Assembly: GCF_000012285.1 (NCBI RefSeq)
Contig: NC_007181.1
Span: forward strand, 630,001-662,000
Length of the DNA: 32,000 nt
Direction of reading: 5' to 3'
Origin: Sulfolobus acidocaldarius DSM 639
Lineage (GTDB): Archaea; Thermoproteota; Thermoprotei_A; Sulfolobales; Sulfolobaceae
In this document: positions 8,161 through 18,803 of the stretch, piece after piece
Layout of the letters: every line of letters starts with the position of its first letter
How positions within the stretch are numbered: position 1 is the stretch's first letter
The notes under the pieces: model-generated
What the model was told of the DNA's origin: nothing
Seen by the model: only the letters and a program-made list of their open reading frames with translations
The model's database searches: none
Made by a program: the position numbers and the translations under genes

Positions 8161-9978
8161 ATGAAAATTATAGGTGTAGATATTGAAGCTGGGAGTAGTC
8201 CTCTTTCATCTAGGCTTCCCCTTTATGCAATTGTAGTATTAAATGACAAAGGCGAAATTGAGTATAAGCAAGAAGGGATAAACATAGGAAAACTACTAAG
8301 ATTAGTTTGGGAAATAAGACCTTCCAAAATAGCGTTAGATAATATTTATGAATTAGCTCCGAATGAGAGAAAATTAATTAAGATTATATCAATGTTGCCT
8401 GATAATGTAGAGTTAGTTCAGGTTACATATATAGAAGGAGAATTCAAAGACCTAAGGGAAATTCTAAGAAGTTTAGGTATAGAGGTTCAAGGTAAACTAA
8501 ATCCGATCAAGACTGCTTATTATAACGCGTTATTAGCCTTTAAAAATGTAGGTACAGCAATCTCCCTTAGGGAAAGTAAGACTAAAATTATAGTATCAAG
8601 AGGCAGGGCAATAGGACCAGGGGGGATGAGCAGTAATAGATACAAAAGGAATTTAAGGGGACTAGTTCTACGAGCTACAAAAAAGATTAAAGAAGAATTG
8701 AATAAACATGGTTTTGATTATGATTACGTTGTAAAAAGAAGTAAAATGGGAATTGAAAGAGCTGTATTTATAGTATATGCTCCGAGAGAAAGTCTATATG
8801 GTATAGTAAAGAAAATGAGGGGTCACGATCTTAAGGTAGAAATTAAACCGATATACAAAAACAAGATTGAGTTTAAGGATAGTAAAAGGTTACTGAAACC
8901 TGTAATAGTAGGTGTGGATCCGGGAATAGAAGTTGGAATATCAATTATTGATATTTATTCGAATCCTATCTATTTAGATAGTAAAAGAAATATAGACAGG
9001 GAGGAAATAATAGAAATAATAAAAAAATATGGAAAACCAGTTCTTATAGCCACTGATGTAAATCCGGCTTCAGATACAGTGAAAAAAATCTCAGCACAAC
9101 TGAGATGTAGATTATTTATCCCTCAAAATTCTTTAAGTATCGATGAAAAAACAGAATTAGTTTCCAGATTTTCGGAGAATCATGGGATTAAAATAAATGA
9201 TCCTCACGTCAGAGACTCTTTAGCGGCAGCACTCAAGGCGTATCATGAAGTGTCTCAAAAATTAAGGCAAGCGGAAGGAATTCTGAGAAGAATGGATTTA
9301 GATATCGAGGAGCACGAGATCTTAGAGTGTATAATAAAAGGTAGTACCATAAATGAGTGTATAGAGAATGAAATAGAGAAAGAAATTGGGAAATCTGATG
9401 AAGAGATCAAAATAGTTCAAGATAAAAACAGTAATCAAACGGTTCCTGATACTTATGCGAAAGCTGAAGAATTAATGGAATATAAAAAAGAAATAGAAAG
9501 ATTAAAGCGTAAAATAAGGGAACTTGTACTCCAAAATACTATATTACAGCATAAGTTAGACGAAATTAGGGTTGAATTTAACGCTGAAGTTGAACGTGAT
9601 AGAAAAATCTATGAATTAAAGTTAGAAATTCAGAATATGCAAAAAGTTATTGAAAATCTAAATTTAGCTATAGTAAATAAACAGAAGATAATAGAAAATA
9701 TGACTGAAATAATTGATAAAGTTATCAAAAGTGAGTATATAGTCCTTAAGAAGGATAATTTCCCCATATATATGAGATTGCTGAATAAGAAAATTTTCTT
9801 ATTTGATGAGCAGATTTCGGACGATATGATAAAGTATGTGGGAGACGACTATATAATAATTCCAGAATCTTTACTTAAAGACTTGAATATTTTATATAGG
9901 GAAAGACTTAGCCAAGAGTCTTCTAAAATAGATCTTAAGAAACTAATAGATAATTATAGAAAGTCTAGGTTAAAATAG
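8161..9978 (+). CDS. DUF460-type archaeal protein: two RNase H/RuvC-like modules plus a long C-terminal coiled coil; function unknown
   Basis: 605 aa. The N-terminus [11 protein letters not shown] and the internal [19 protein letters not shown] ... VLIATDVNP resemble the first strand and acidic residues of RuvC/YqgF-like nucleases. The C-terminal 200 aa or so are heptad-rich ([27 protein letters not shown]...). The start lies 2 nt after the rio2 stop. Confidence 0.6.
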   Translation: MKIIGVDIEAGSSPLSSRLPLYAIVVLNDKGEIEYKQEGINIGKLLRLVWEIRPSKIALDNIYELAPNERKLIKIISMLPDNVELVQVTYIEGEFKDLREILRSLGIEVQGKLNPIKTAYYNALLAFKNVGTAISLRESKTKIIVSRGRAIGPGGMSSNRYKRNLRGLVLRATKKIKEELNKHGFDYDYVVKRSKMGIERAVFIVYAPRESLYGIVKKMRGHDLKVEIKPIYKNKIEFKDSKRLLKPVIVGVDPGIEVGISIIDIYSNPIYLDSKRNIDREEIIEIIKKYGKPVLIATDVNPASDTVKKISAQLRCRLFIPQNSLSIDEKTELVSRFSENHGIKINDPHVRDSLAAALKAYHEVSQKLRQAEGILRRMDLDIEEHEILECIIKGSTINECIENEIEKEIGKSDEEIKIVQDKNSNQTVPDTYAKAEELMEYKKEIERLKRKIRELVLQNTILQHKLDEIRVEFNAEVERDRKIYELKLEIQNMQKVIENLNLAIVNKQKIIENMTEIIDKVIKSEYIVLKKDNFPIYMRLLNKKIFLFDEQISDDMIKYVGDDYIIIPESLLKDLNILYRERLSQESSKIDLKKLIDNYRKSRLK

Positions 9979-11187
9979 CATTGTTTTACTTTCAAGTATT
10001 AGCTCTGATAATTTTGTCACAGAGCTCAACAGTTCATCTGTTATTCCTTCTACTTCTCTTTTGATTTCGGTAGTAATGTTTTCAGCTGCAAGTTGGACAT
10101 TTGCTATTAGTGGATCATTTATAGGTCTACCAATTTGTCCTAATATTTCAACTTGTACTCCGTTTATTCCTTTAACATCCTTATGTACTTTTTGTGCTAT
10201 AAGATTCGCCAATACATTATACAATTTTCCTACGTGATTTACTGGATTCTTACCCGCTGTGGCTTCAAGAGACATTGGTCTCATTGGTGTTATCAGACCT
10301 GTAGCTCTATTTCCACGTCCTGTCATACCGTCATCTCCATGCTCAGCAGAAGTTCCTGTTACAGTTAAGTATACGATCCCTTTATCAATCTTGTCGCCTG
10401 TGTTAATATTTACCTTAACACTGTACTCAGGAGCAAGCTTTGATGCAAGATCTAGTATTTTCTGTTTAGCCTCCTCCTTTACCTGTAAATAATGGTTTAA
10501 GTCATCTATTAATTGGCTAATTGTAGCCATAGCTACAGTTAACTCTATTTCCTTGCCTTTTCTTAGTCCCATCACTTTTATATCTTCGCCTATCTCAGGT
10601 ATTTTGGATCTTATCTCTTTGGAATTTAACAATCTTTCAGTGCTTAATACCAAATTTTCAAGTGTTGAATAAGGTGCAAATCCAACTCCAAAGCTAGTAT
10701 CGTTAGAAAGTGGAACTTGCTTGTTAGCCTCAAATAGTCCCACTAAATCAGTAGAACCCTTACCTATTTTATAATCGACAACTACATGCTTTTCCACATC
10801 AAGATATCTGAAATTCTCCTTTATCCAATCCTTTACACTTTCAATTATAATCGTTCCGATAGGTATATTTTCAACTCCACTAGGTGTCTTAACCTCTGTT
10901 GTAGCTCTTCCAGAAACAATTACGTAAATTGGTTGAACCACATCTCCTCCTTTATATTTAGGAGTTGCTTGTCCTCCTACTACTAGTGTTTTGTCCAAGT
11001 TGTGGTGTAATATTGTACCAAACGCTTTTAGATAGTATAGAGATAGTTTCCTACTAGCTTCCTCAGATGCCGAGTCAGCAATATAGTCTGGGTGTCCAAC
11101 TCCTTTTCTTTCTGCTAATTCAACTTCTAATTTATCAGGATTGGCCCAGTGACTTTGTTGTACATTTATATTTTTTGCCATTAGCAC
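9970..11187 (-). CDS. mat: S-adenosylmethionine synthetase, archaeal type
   Basis: 405 aa. The motifs [11 protein letters not shown] and [18 protein letters not shown] and the overall length match the archaeal MAT family, which is distinct from bacterial MetK. Confidence 0.9.
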   Translation of the reverse strand: MLMAKNINVQQSHWANPDKLEVELAERKGVGHPDYIADSASEEASRKLSLYYLKAFGTILHHNLDKTLVVGGQATPKYKGGDVVQPIYVIVSGRATTEVKTPSGVENIPIGTIIIESVKDWIKENFRYLDVEKHVVVDYKIGKGSTDLVGLFEANKQVPLSNDTSFGVGFAPYSTLENLVLSTERLLNSKEIRSKIPEIGEDIKVMGLRKGKEIELTVAMATISQLIDDLNHYLQVKEEAKQKILDLASKLAPEYSVKVNINTGDKIDKGIVYLTVTGTSAEHGDDGMTGRGNRATGLITPMRPMSLEATAGKNPVNHVGKLYNVLANLIAQKVHKDVKGINGVQVEILGQIGRPINDPLIANVQLAAENITTEIKREVEGITDELLSSVTKLSELILESKTMLF

Positions 11188-11213
11188 CCTCTTCTCATGA
11201 GTTTATTATAAAA

Positions 11214-11492
11214 TTATTTTTCCTTACCCATTATTGATTCGTAGTCTATGCTTATAAATAGAATGTTACTTCCTCTAATAAGTACTCTTCCGTATTTGGC
11301 AACTGGATCGCTAGTTCCTTCCCTGTATTCAGTACAGTCCTTTAATACTAAGTTCATTGTTCCATCGCTTTGTTCTAATCTTCCAACATATTCCTCACCA
11401 TTTTTGAGTTTAACTAGCACGATTTTATTCAACGCTGTTTTCAAACTCTTTAAAGGATTTTCTATCTTGGCTTGCACAGTAAGTCTCCTCAC
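11214..11492 (-). CDS. Sm-like (LSm/SmAP) RNA-binding protein
   Basis: 92 aa. The Sm1-like segment is [29 protein letters not shown] and the Sm2-like segment is [13 protein letters not shown]. The start codon is GTG. Confidence 0.8.
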   Translation of the reverse strand: MRRLTVQAKIENPLKSLKTALNKIVLVKLKNGEEYVGRLEQSDGTMNLVLKDCTEYREGTSDPVAKYGRVLIRGSNILFISIDYESIMGKEK

Positions 11493-11510
11493 TTTCTTTT
11501 TCTGATAATG

Positions 11511-11523
11511 TCTAATATAAAAG
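11511..11523 (-). promoter_or_regulatory. TATA box candidate for the Sm-like gene
   Basis: The minus-strand sequence CTTTTATATTA is centred about 26 nt upstream of the GTG start at 11492. This geometry is expected for a leaderless crenarchaeal mRNA. Confidence 0.4.
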
Positions 11524-11581
11524 AGTTCTTATTTTTTCCTGTTCGCGTTAACTTACATAGTTTTACGATGAATAGTATCGC

Positions 11582-11589
11582 TTATAAAT
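11582..11589 (+). promoter_or_regulatory. TATA box candidate for the ArsR-family gene
   Basis: TTATAAAT is centred about 26 nt upstream of the ATG at 11612, which is leaderless geometry. Confidence 0.4.
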
Positions 11590-11611
11590 TTTTACAAATA
11601 ATATAGCAGAT

Positions 11612-11908
11612 ATGGAATTAATATTGACTGAACCAGAGGACATAATTAAAGTATCTAAGGCTCTCAGTGTTATGAGTAGAGTAAATATACTCAAGTTGGT
11701 TGCAGAAAAGCCAATGAGTGTAACCGAGTTAAGTGAGTTTCTTCATATGACAAAAGGGAATATAAGTAGCCAGTTGGCTGAACTAGAAGATGCAGGGCTA
11801 ATTGAAATAAAATATGAAAATGGCGTGAAAGGTATAAAGAAAATAGTGAAATCAAAATATACTACTATTGTGATCTCTTTAAGCACTGGCGACACTAAGG
11901 AAGTTTAG
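11612..11908 (+). CDS. ArsR/SmtB-family winged-helix transcription regulator
   Basis: 98 aa. The HTH segment [30 protein letters not shown] and the size are typical of small ArsR-like regulators. Confidence 0.75.
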   Translation: MELILTEPEDIIKVSKALSVMSRVNILKLVAEKPMSVTELSEFLHMTKGNISSQLAELEDAGLIEIKYENGVKGIKKIVKSKYTTIVISLSTGDTKEV

Positions 11909-13468
11909 GAAAACAGGAGAAGGTGATAAAGGTCTACTCTTGTACTCTGGATGTGCTTGAGTACCTAGGAAGAACTTGTGGTTTTTCAATTCTATAATCT
12001 CAACCAATCCATTTTCACTTACACCGGATATTATCATACCGTATTTCTGAAGAAGATCAACATATTCAGGGTTCACCTCATATCTATGTCTATGTCTCTC
12101 ATATATGTGTGGAGAATTGTATATAGAATATGCTAAAGTGCCCTCCTTTAGTATAATTTTTTGGGCTCCTAATCTCATGGTACCACCAACCTGAACTATT
12201 TTCTTTTGATTATCCAAGAGAGTTATAATAGGATACTTCGTATTTGGATTTACTTCGGTCGTATTAGCCTCCTTTAATCCCAAGACGTTTCTAGCATATT
12301 CTACAATGGCTAGTTGCATTCCAAAACAAATTCCAAGAAATGGTATGTTGTTTTCTCTAGCAAATTTTATGGCTTGTATTTTTCCTTCCACGCCTCTGGC
12401 TCCAAAGCCAGGTAAAACAATAATACCGTTAACGTCCTTAAGTTTATTAATTTCATCTTCCGATTTCTCTAAGTCTGAAGACTCTACCCATACTAATGTG
12501 GGCTTTACTCTAAGTTTTGCAGCAGCGTGATAAATTGCTTCTTTAATGCTGAGGTAACTGTCCTTAAGTTTAGTATATTTTCCTACTAAAGCTATTTTAA
12601 CTTCTTTTGAAGGGTTCTTCATATTTTCCACAAATTCTAACCATTCAGCAACTTTCGGTTCTTTTGGTTCCAATCCTAATTTATTAAATATCTTTTTTGT
12701 TATATTTTGCTTCTCTAAAATTAAAGGGACTTCATAAGTTAACTCTACATCGTAGTTAGATAGTATATAATCTGGTTTTACATTGGTAAATAATGCAATC
12801 TTCTTCTTCGTTTCCTCATCAAGAGGTAATATGGATCTTGCTATTATCATGTCAGGCTGAATTCCAATTCTTCTCAGCTCTTGTACACTATGCTGTAATG
12901 GCTTTGTCTTTAATTCGCCTGTAACCCTTAAGTATTCAACGAGTGCTACATGAATAAACATAAGGTTCTCTTCCTCTTCTAGCTTCATTTGTCTAACCGC
13001 TTCCAAGAAAGGCAGACCCTCTATATCACCTACAGTGCCTCCTATTTCGATTATTGCAATTTCCGCATTAGTATCATCAACTGCTTTCTTAACTAATCCC
13101 TTTATTTCGTCTGTCACATGAGGTATAATTTGAACTGTTTGTCCTAAATACTTCCCTTCTCTTTCTTTCCTTATAACCTCAAAGTAAACCCTACCTGCAG
13201 TTATATTATTATAACGTGTCGTATTTATCCCAATAAACCTTTCATAATGCCCTAAATCCAGATCTGTTTCAGCTCCATCATCTGTTACAAAGACTTCGCC
13301 GTGCATATATGGATTCATTGTACCTGCATCTACATTCAGATATGGGTCAACTTTTATCGCAGTTACATTATAACCACTGGATTTTAAGAGAAAACCTATC
13401 GAAGCAACTATAGTACCCTTTCCCACACTAGATAGAACTCCTCCTGTAACTATAATGTACTTAGTCAA
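11879..13468 (-). CDS. pyrG: CTP synthase
   Basis: 529 aa. The N-terminal synthetase motif is [12 protein letters not shown]. The GATase domain has the nucleophile motif GICFGMQLA and HRHRYEVN. Confidence 0.95.
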   Translation of the reverse strand: MTKYIIVTGGVLSSVGKGTIVASIGFLLKSSGYNVTAIKVDPYLNVDAGTMNPYMHGEVFVTDDGAETDLDLGHYERFIGINTTRYNNITAGRVYFEVIRKEREGKYLGQTVQIIPHVTDEIKGLVKKAVDDTNAEIAIIEIGGTVGDIEGLPFLEAVRQMKLEEEENLMFIHVALVEYLRVTGELKTKPLQHSVQELRRIGIQPDMIIARSILPLDEETKKKIALFTNVKPDYILSNYDVELTYEVPLILEKQNITKKIFNKLGLEPKEPKVAEWLEFVENMKNPSKEVKIALVGKYTKLKDSYLSIKEAIYHAAAKLRVKPTLVWVESSDLEKSEDEINKLKDVNGIIVLPGFGARGVEGKIQAIKFARENNIPFLGICFGMQLAIVEYARNVLGLKEANTTEVNPNTKYPIITLLDNQKKIVQVGGTMRLGAQKIILKEGTLAYSIYNSPHIYERHRHRYEVNPEYVDLLQKYGMIISGVSENGLVEIIELKNHKFFLGTQAHPEYKSRPLSPSPVFLNFLSVASA

Positions 13469-13538
13469 GGGAAATCACAGCTATAATTTTATGAACACCA
13501 GTTTTAAAAGTCAATTGTTTAGTTTAAGAGTATGAGTT

Positions 13539-14225
13539 ATGTATGAGGCGATTATGATGAGACTTATCTCTAATCTAAAAAATGCGAAGCTTATACAGGT
13601 TGCTTTAGATTTTATAAATATTCAAGATGCTGAGAAAGTTGCTATTCAGGCAATTAAAGCTGGTGCTGGTATAATAGAAGCAGGCACTCCTCTTGTAAAA
13701 GCAGAAGGGATAAGGGGTTTAAAGAGATTGAGAGAATTAAATCCAAATGGTATAATTCTTGCTGATACGAAAACTGCTGATGCTGGAGACGTTGAAGTCG
13801 AAATAGCAAAGGCAGGGGATGCTAATATTATGACAGTTCTAGGGATAATGGACGACGCTACAATAGAAAGCGCAGTTAAAAGGGCTCATGAATTAGGTCT
13901 TCTGGTACAGGCAGATCTTATAAATGTAAGAGATGTTATAGGAAGAGCTCAAGAACTGAAGAAATTGCAAGTTGATATAATCGGTCTACACGTTGGGCTA
14001 GACGTTCAGAAAAAGAGAGGTATAAGTATAGTAGATTTAAAGAATGAAATAATGGAAATAAGTAATTTGAATGTAATTATTTCTGTTGCAGGTGGATTAA
14101 ATAAAGATAGAATAAAAGAGCTAGTGAATTTACCTATAAATATATTCGTGGTAGGCGGAGCTATTACGAGGGCTCATGATCCATTCAAGGCAACGGAAGA
14201 AATAGTTAAAATAATTAATGCCTAA
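13539..14225 (+). CDS. 3-hexulose-6-phosphate synthase family protein (OMP decarboxylase/KGPDC-like TIM barrel)
   Basis: 228 aa. The motifs [16 protein letters not shown] and ADTKTADAG match the HPS/KGPDC family. The true start may be one of the Met codons a few residues downstream. Confidence 0.7.
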   Translation: MYEAIMMRLISNLKNAKLIQVALDFINIQDAEKVAIQAIKAGAGIIEAGTPLVKAEGIRGLKRLRELNPNGIILADTKTADAGDVEVEIAKAGDANIMTVLGIMDDATIESAVKRAHELGLLVQADLINVRDVIGRAQELKKLQVDIIGLHVGLDVQKKRGISIVDLKNEIMEISNLNVIISVAGGLNKDRIKELVNLPINIFVVGGAITRAHDPFKATEEIVKIINA

Positions 14226-14232
14226 TTAGTAT

Positions 14233-14706
14233 ATGAATTATCGAGGTGTTGTTTTGTCTCAGCCTGGTCAGACTAAATCAAAAGATGTTAAGATGGTTAA
14301 TAGACAAGTGATAACTCCCGACGCATTAAAGGAAGATAAGAAGAAAGTATTATTATTATATTTCCTAAAAACTGTAGGCGGAGTATCTGAAAAAGCACTA
14401 GTTGCAGCTCTTAATGATTTGAAGCAAAAGGGGCTAGATCTAGGATATCAATTTAATGTCCTTGGGAATAACGTGTATAGTCCAGTACTAAAGGAAGACC
14501 TAACTACATTATTGTACCTGGGTTTCATCGAGACTGATCCACAAAGTAAGAAGCTTAAATTAACCAATAATGGTCTAGAATTTCTAGACTCACAACAGAT
14601 AGAGGAAGATTTTAAGAATAATTTAACACAAAAAATAAATGATATTAAATCTAAAATAACTGCAATTGATGAAGAAAATAGATTAAGATCAAGGAGAAGA
14701 TATTAA
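14233..14706 (+). CDS. Hypothetical protein, possibly winged-helix-like with a C-terminal coiled coil
   Basis: 157-aa ORF starting 8 nt after the preceding gene on the same strand. No motif is recognised with confidence. An internal Met (MVNRQ...) is an alternative start. Confidence 0.45.
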   Translation: MNYRGVVLSQPGQTKSKDVKMVNRQVITPDALKEDKKKVLLLYFLKTVGGVSEKALVAALNDLKQKGLDLGYQFNVLGNNVYSPVLKEDLTTLLYLGFIETDPQSKKLKLTNNGLEFLDSQQIEEDFKNNLTQKINDIKSKITAIDEENRLRSRRRY

Positions 14707-14763
14707 TTTTTAAATTAGAATATAATAATTTTTGATAAATTTTCAGTAAAAGTTAGACTAATT

Positions 14764-15186
14764 TTACATTGGCATAAATCCTCTTCTAGTTTGCTGAGGT
14801 TGCTGTCCTTCTTCTACTGGTCTACTCCATATTAATGGATCTAGTTTTCCTTCCTTGCTTAATTTGACTACTAAGTCCTTAAATTCACTGGTATGTCTTA
14901 TATCAAGTTCTAAAAGATTCTCTAGTAACTCCCAAGTTGTTTTCATTACATCTTCAAGCATCTCTTTGGGCATATGTTTTATTATCTGGGGATCCTGTAG
15001 CCATTGATCGAAAGCTTTTATTGTCCTTAATATATGTTGAAAGGCTACCCTAGTTGCAAGTATTAAGTCTAATCTATCAGAGCTAGAATTCTGATACTTC
15101 TTCTCTAACTCCTTCAATGTCGCAAGAAGGTTTTTCTGCATTTTTATCCATTCGTCAAGGTTTGAGAGATAATTACTACTTTCCAC
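14764..15186 (-). CDS. Conserved-looking helical hypothetical protein
   Basis: 140-aa ORF with protein-like composition and predicted helices. No diagnostic motif was recognised. Confidence 0.45.
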   Translation of the reverse strand: MESSNYLSNLDEWIKMQKNLLATLKELEKKYQNSSSDRLDLILATRVAFQHILRTIKAFDQWLQDPQIIKHMPKEMLEDVMKTTWELLENLLELDIRHTSEFKDLVVKLSKEGKLDPLIWSRPVEEGQQPQQTRRGFMPM

Positions 15187-15239
15187 CTATTACACCAATA
15201 AATCATATGTGATTGCAGATTAATAAACATATGTTAGGG

Positions 15240-15635
15240 TTATTTTTCTTTCAGATTAAATGGCAATCCTTCCTCAACTATGTTTGTTGGTATCTTATCC
15301 TTATACCTCTTAAGAAAATCTATTTCTTCTTCTTTTTTCCTAAGTTTATCGGGTAACATTCTAGGTATTTCGTCTATGACTGGATACCATCTTTTACAAT
15401 TAGGACAATAGAGCAGGGCATCTACGATCTCATATTGGTAACATTCATCACATGGTAGATCTGATGATTTAGCTTCATTAATATTTATGTTCTTAAATGA
15501 GCAGAAAATTTCGCATAATGGTTTCTTTTCATCCTTTATCTCTCTTTGTATTTTCTTGTATGAAAAAATGTGGTATTGCAAGGGAAAGTGTTTACAAATA
15601 GGACATGCTAATAGGTCTAACAGCCTATACTTCAT
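15240..15635 (-). CDS. Trm112-like zinc-ribbon protein (DUF343 family) with an internal insertion
   Basis: 131 aa. The N-terminal half-motif is [11 protein letters not shown] and the C-terminal half-motif is [21 protein letters not shown]. These are split by an insert of about 55 aa that contains a further Cys pair (CDEC). Its ATG overlaps the upstream stop by 4 nt. Confidence 0.7.
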   Translation of the reverse strand: MKYRLLDLLACPICKHFPLQYHIFSYKKIQREIKDEKKPLCEIFCSFKNININEAKSSDLPCDECYQYEIVDALLYCPNCKRWYPVIDEIPRMLPDKLRKKEEEIDFLKRYKDKIPTNIVEEGLPFNLKEK

Positions 15636-16996
15636 TTGCTTTCTACAAATTTTTTTAATTCTTCAGCTAAAAGCATTGCTTTACTTTCGTCTTTAGCCTC
15701 TACTATTATCCTAATGATAGGTTCTGTACCACTCTTTCTGACCAGGAACCAAAAGTCTTCTCCTATTATTTTAACACCATCAATAGTAATCACTTTTCCC
15801 CTATTACCATAGGACTTTATAAGATCTCCATATAACCCCTGTATGTCATATTGTGGTTTCAAATTTACCTTAGTTTTAACTAGATAATATTTAGGTAATC
15901 TATCAAATAGTTGGGCTGAAGATAAATTCTCACTTGCCATAAATTCTAGCATTAAGGCAAAGCTCATTGCACCATCTCTAACGTATTGATGTGGTGGATA
16001 TATGAAACCACCGTTTTCCTCAAAACCTGCTAATCCTTTCTCGTCCTGTAGCTTATGTGCAATGTCAACACTACCTACTTTTGTCCATAAAACCTCAAGA
16101 CCATATTTTGCTAAATACTCCTCTGTGAGACTAGAGCTGGATACCGCAGTAACAATTACTCTACTACCCTTAGGGTTCTTCACATGACTCCAATATGATA
16201 ATAAGGTCCCACTTCTGTCTCCCCACTGGACTCTGCCTTCGGAGTCAAGAAAAATTGCTCTGTCAGCATCTCCATCATGGGCTATGGATAGATCGGCTTT
16301 TAGTGTTAATGCAATTTTTGCGGTTTCTTTTAGAGATTCAAATGTGGGTTCAGGCATTCTCGCTGGAAATAACGGATCTAAATTTCCATTTAGGGTATAT
16401 ACTTTACATCCTAACTCTTTTGCTACTAATGGACTTGTTAACCCTCCTACACTATTTGCAGAATCAATTAATACAGTATATCCTTTTTTAGATATCTTCT
16501 CAGTATCTACATGCTGTAATATCCCCTTCACATAGGTTGGGATCACTCTATCTTCTTTTTTTACGTCATTAGTAAGAGCTTTCCATTCAATGCTATTAAA
16601 CCTCTCACTAAACAAAATTTCCTCTATTTCATTTTCTTTCTCTCTTCTTATTTCAACTCCGTCCTTATCTATTACTTTGATTCCATTATACTCTGGCGGA
16701 TTATGACTTGCGGTAACAATTACACCCGCATCATATCCTAACGTTTTTACAGCATACTGTAAAGTAGGAGTAGGTGCTAGTCCGCCATAAAAAACGTCTA
16801 CTCCTGTGCTTAATAGTCCCGCTTCAACCAGTTTAACATACATATCTCCTCCAGCTCTAACATCTCTACCTACCAGCAGTTTACTGCCCTTACCAAAGAA
16901 CGAGCCTATGGCTCGGGAAAGTTTAAGGACAAGCTCTGGAGACAGATCCTTATTTATCAAGCCTCTAACTCCATCAGTGCCGAATAATTTACCCAT
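15632..16996 (-). CDS. Phosphohexomutase (phosphoglucosamine/phosphomannomutase/phosphoglucomutase family)
   Basis: 454 aa. The active-site phosphoserine loop is [13 protein letters not shown] and the Mg-binding loop is AHDGDADR. Sugar specificity cannot be read from the sequence alone. Confidence 0.88.
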   Translation of the reverse strand: MGKLFGTDGVRGLINKDLSPELVLKLSRAIGSFFGKGSKLLVGRDVRAGGDMYVKLVEAGLLSTGVDVFYGGLAPTPTLQYAVKTLGYDAGVIVTASHNPPEYNGIKVIDKDGVEIRREKENEIEEILFSERFNSIEWKALTNDVKKEDRVIPTYVKGILQHVDTEKISKKGYTVLIDSANSVGGLTSPLVAKELGCKVYTLNGNLDPLFPARMPEPTFESLKETAKIALTLKADLSIAHDGDADRAIFLDSEGRVQWGDRSGTLLSYWSHVKNPKGSRVIVTAVSSSSLTEEYLAKYGLEVLWTKVGSVDIAHKLQDEKGLAGFEENGGFIYPPHQYVRDGAMSFALMLEFMASENLSSAQLFDRLPKYYLVKTKVNLKPQYDIQGLYGDLIKSYGNRGKVITIDGVKIIGEDFWFLVRKSGTEPIIRIIVEAKDESKAMLLAEELKKFVESK

Positions 16997-17149
16997 ATTT
17001 TTAACTAGCTTACCAAATTATATAAACGTAATTCTTCTATTAATTTTAAGGGTCAAAAATCCTTCATAAATTTTGTACAACGAAGACTATTTCGAAAACA
17101 GTTATGTTATGAAAAACTATGTTTTTTAAGTCAGCATTCGAAGACATGG

Positions 17150-17204
17150 AAAATCAAAAATGTGTAATCTTAGTTGCCTAAGTCTTATACTAATGGCTAA
17201 GATT
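17150..17204 (-). terminator. Possible terminator downstream of the glycosyltransferase gene
   Basis: On the minus strand, an 8-bp inverted repeat (17197-17204 pairing with 17166-17173) is followed by the T-rich run TTTTTGATTTT (17160-17150). Oligo-T tracts are the usual archaeal termination signal. Confidence 0.3.
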
Positions 17205-17231
17205 TGTCCTGTGATGTCATGGACATAATTT

Positions 17232-18290
17232 TTAACTTAAACTTTTATAGAGCTCAAGCACCTTTAAAGATACATTCCTCCATCTCCATTCTCTAGAAAT
17301 AGAGATATTATTCTCCCCTATCTCTTTCCTTACTTTAGGGTCTCTAAGCTTCTCCACAGCATCCTTCAGGTCCTGGCAACTGGAAATCACGAATCCGTTT
17401 ACCCCATCCTTTACTATTGTCGATAAAACCTTAGCTTTATTACCGACTATCACTGGGACTCCCCTGACCATCGCCTCCTTTATGACGATACCTTCTGCTT
17501 CTATATCTGAAGTAAGAATAACAGCCAATGACTTATCCATCAGGGAGTACTTCTCCTCCTCAGTGACTACGCCTAAATATCTCACTTTGTCCTCAAGACC
17601 CAATTCACTAACTCTTGTCATAATCTTCTCTAGATAGTCCTTATCCCTAACTTGTCCTATCAGGATAAGCTTCACGTTCAGGTTTTTAATACATTCAATG
17701 GCGAAGAGCTGGTTTTTCTCAGGACTTATTCTACCAATATAAAGTAAATAGTCTTCAAAACCTTCGGATTTGGGATAATTAAATGCCATATCATCAACTC
17801 CGTTCGGGATTACGACTATCTTAGAGCCGTCATACCCAAGGTTTATCATTTCCTCCTTCTCCCATTCACTTACTGCAATTAATTTATCGACTCTCTTTCC
17901 TATGTTTCTCTTTAACCAGTTTATAACTCTACCCTGATCACTTACAAAAATGTGGTGTGGAGTCATTACTAATGGTGCTTCTACCGACGGTAAAGAGAAA
18001 AAGAGAAAAGTGTAGAGGTTCCACGTACTGAACTTCCTCCCTAAATTATGAAAGTGGAGAACGGAAGGAGAATCTCTATAAATCCATGTTCTTTTATGTC
18101 TTACTACTTTTATTCCATCCATAATCTCGAATGGAATGAGCTTCTCTCTTTCAGTGTACGTATCTCTCGTTGTATGAACTTCAACGTCTATAGACATTTT
18201 AACTAGTTCCCTACTTAAATTGAACACATGGACTTCTGTACCTCCTCTCACTGGAAGAAAGAGTGGGGTCAACATCCAGACCTTATACAT
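17232..18290 (-). CDS. GT-B fold glycosyltransferase (Glycos_transf_1 / GT4-like)
   Basis: 352 aa. The C-terminal E-x7-E type motif [19 protein letters not shown] is typical of the GT4 family. Unusually long non-coding flanks lie on both sides. Confidence 0.8.
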
Positions 18291-18568
18291 GAATCATCCT
18301 TTCCTTATCAATAACATGAAGTATAACATTAAAACCCTTACAGTATTTCAAAAATCCTCTCAATCTGATCTATGTATCTTTCCGATAAATTAGCAGAGAA
18401 CAACAATTTAAAGGCATAAACTGATTTTTATGCAGAATATCCGATAAAAATTCAATAATTTTATGCTAATCATATTTGATTGTCTTCTTTCAACTAAATG
18501 CATATTTCTATTTCAAAAATTAATGTTTACATAGTCTATAACTCCTAATTATAACTGTAGTATTGGGT

Positions 18569-18803
18569 GTGAAGATAGCGAAAAATAAGACGCGTTATTA
18601 AATACGACGACTATATTATACGTGAGATTAAAGGGTGGTATTATGTGTATAAGCCAGGGAATATGAACTATGAGATAAGGGAAACTTACGTTGGTTCCTT
18701 AATTGATGTAATTAAGACTTACCTAAAATTGAAAGTTGGGGTATTAGGGGATACCCCTAACCCCACAACGCCGGGGGTGGGATTTGAACCCACGCAGGGA
18801 TAA
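18569..18803 (+). pseudogene. Frameshifted N-terminal fragment, int(N), of an SSV-type (partitioning) tyrosine integrase, reading into the tRNA-Ser gene
   Basis: The hand translation gives [12 protein letters not shown], then one extra T near 18596-18599 shifts the frame. It continues [67 protein letters not shown]-stop. From memory, this resembles the SSV1 integrase N-terminus (...[22 protein letters not shown]...[26 protein letters not shown]...PGFEP...). The GFEP codons are the antisense of the tRNA T-arm (GGGATTTGAACCC). Confidence 0.7.

Noticed and set aside
17051-17062. T-arm-like string GGTCAAAAATCC as a possible second att copy marking the left end of the integrated element
   Set aside because: Its orientation is opposite to the att sequence at the tRNA. 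It matches only a short degenerate stretch, and no flanking acceptor-stem sequence or int(C) frame follows. It is most likely chance.
18381-18448. Direct repeat of the 9-mer TCCGATAAA (18381-18389 and 18440-18448) flanking a 7-bp hairpin in the spacer upstream of int(N)
   Set aside because: There are only two copies of a short A/T-rich word in AT-rich non-coding DNA. The evidence is not enough to call a binding site or repeat element. It is mentioned only as context for the island hypothesis.
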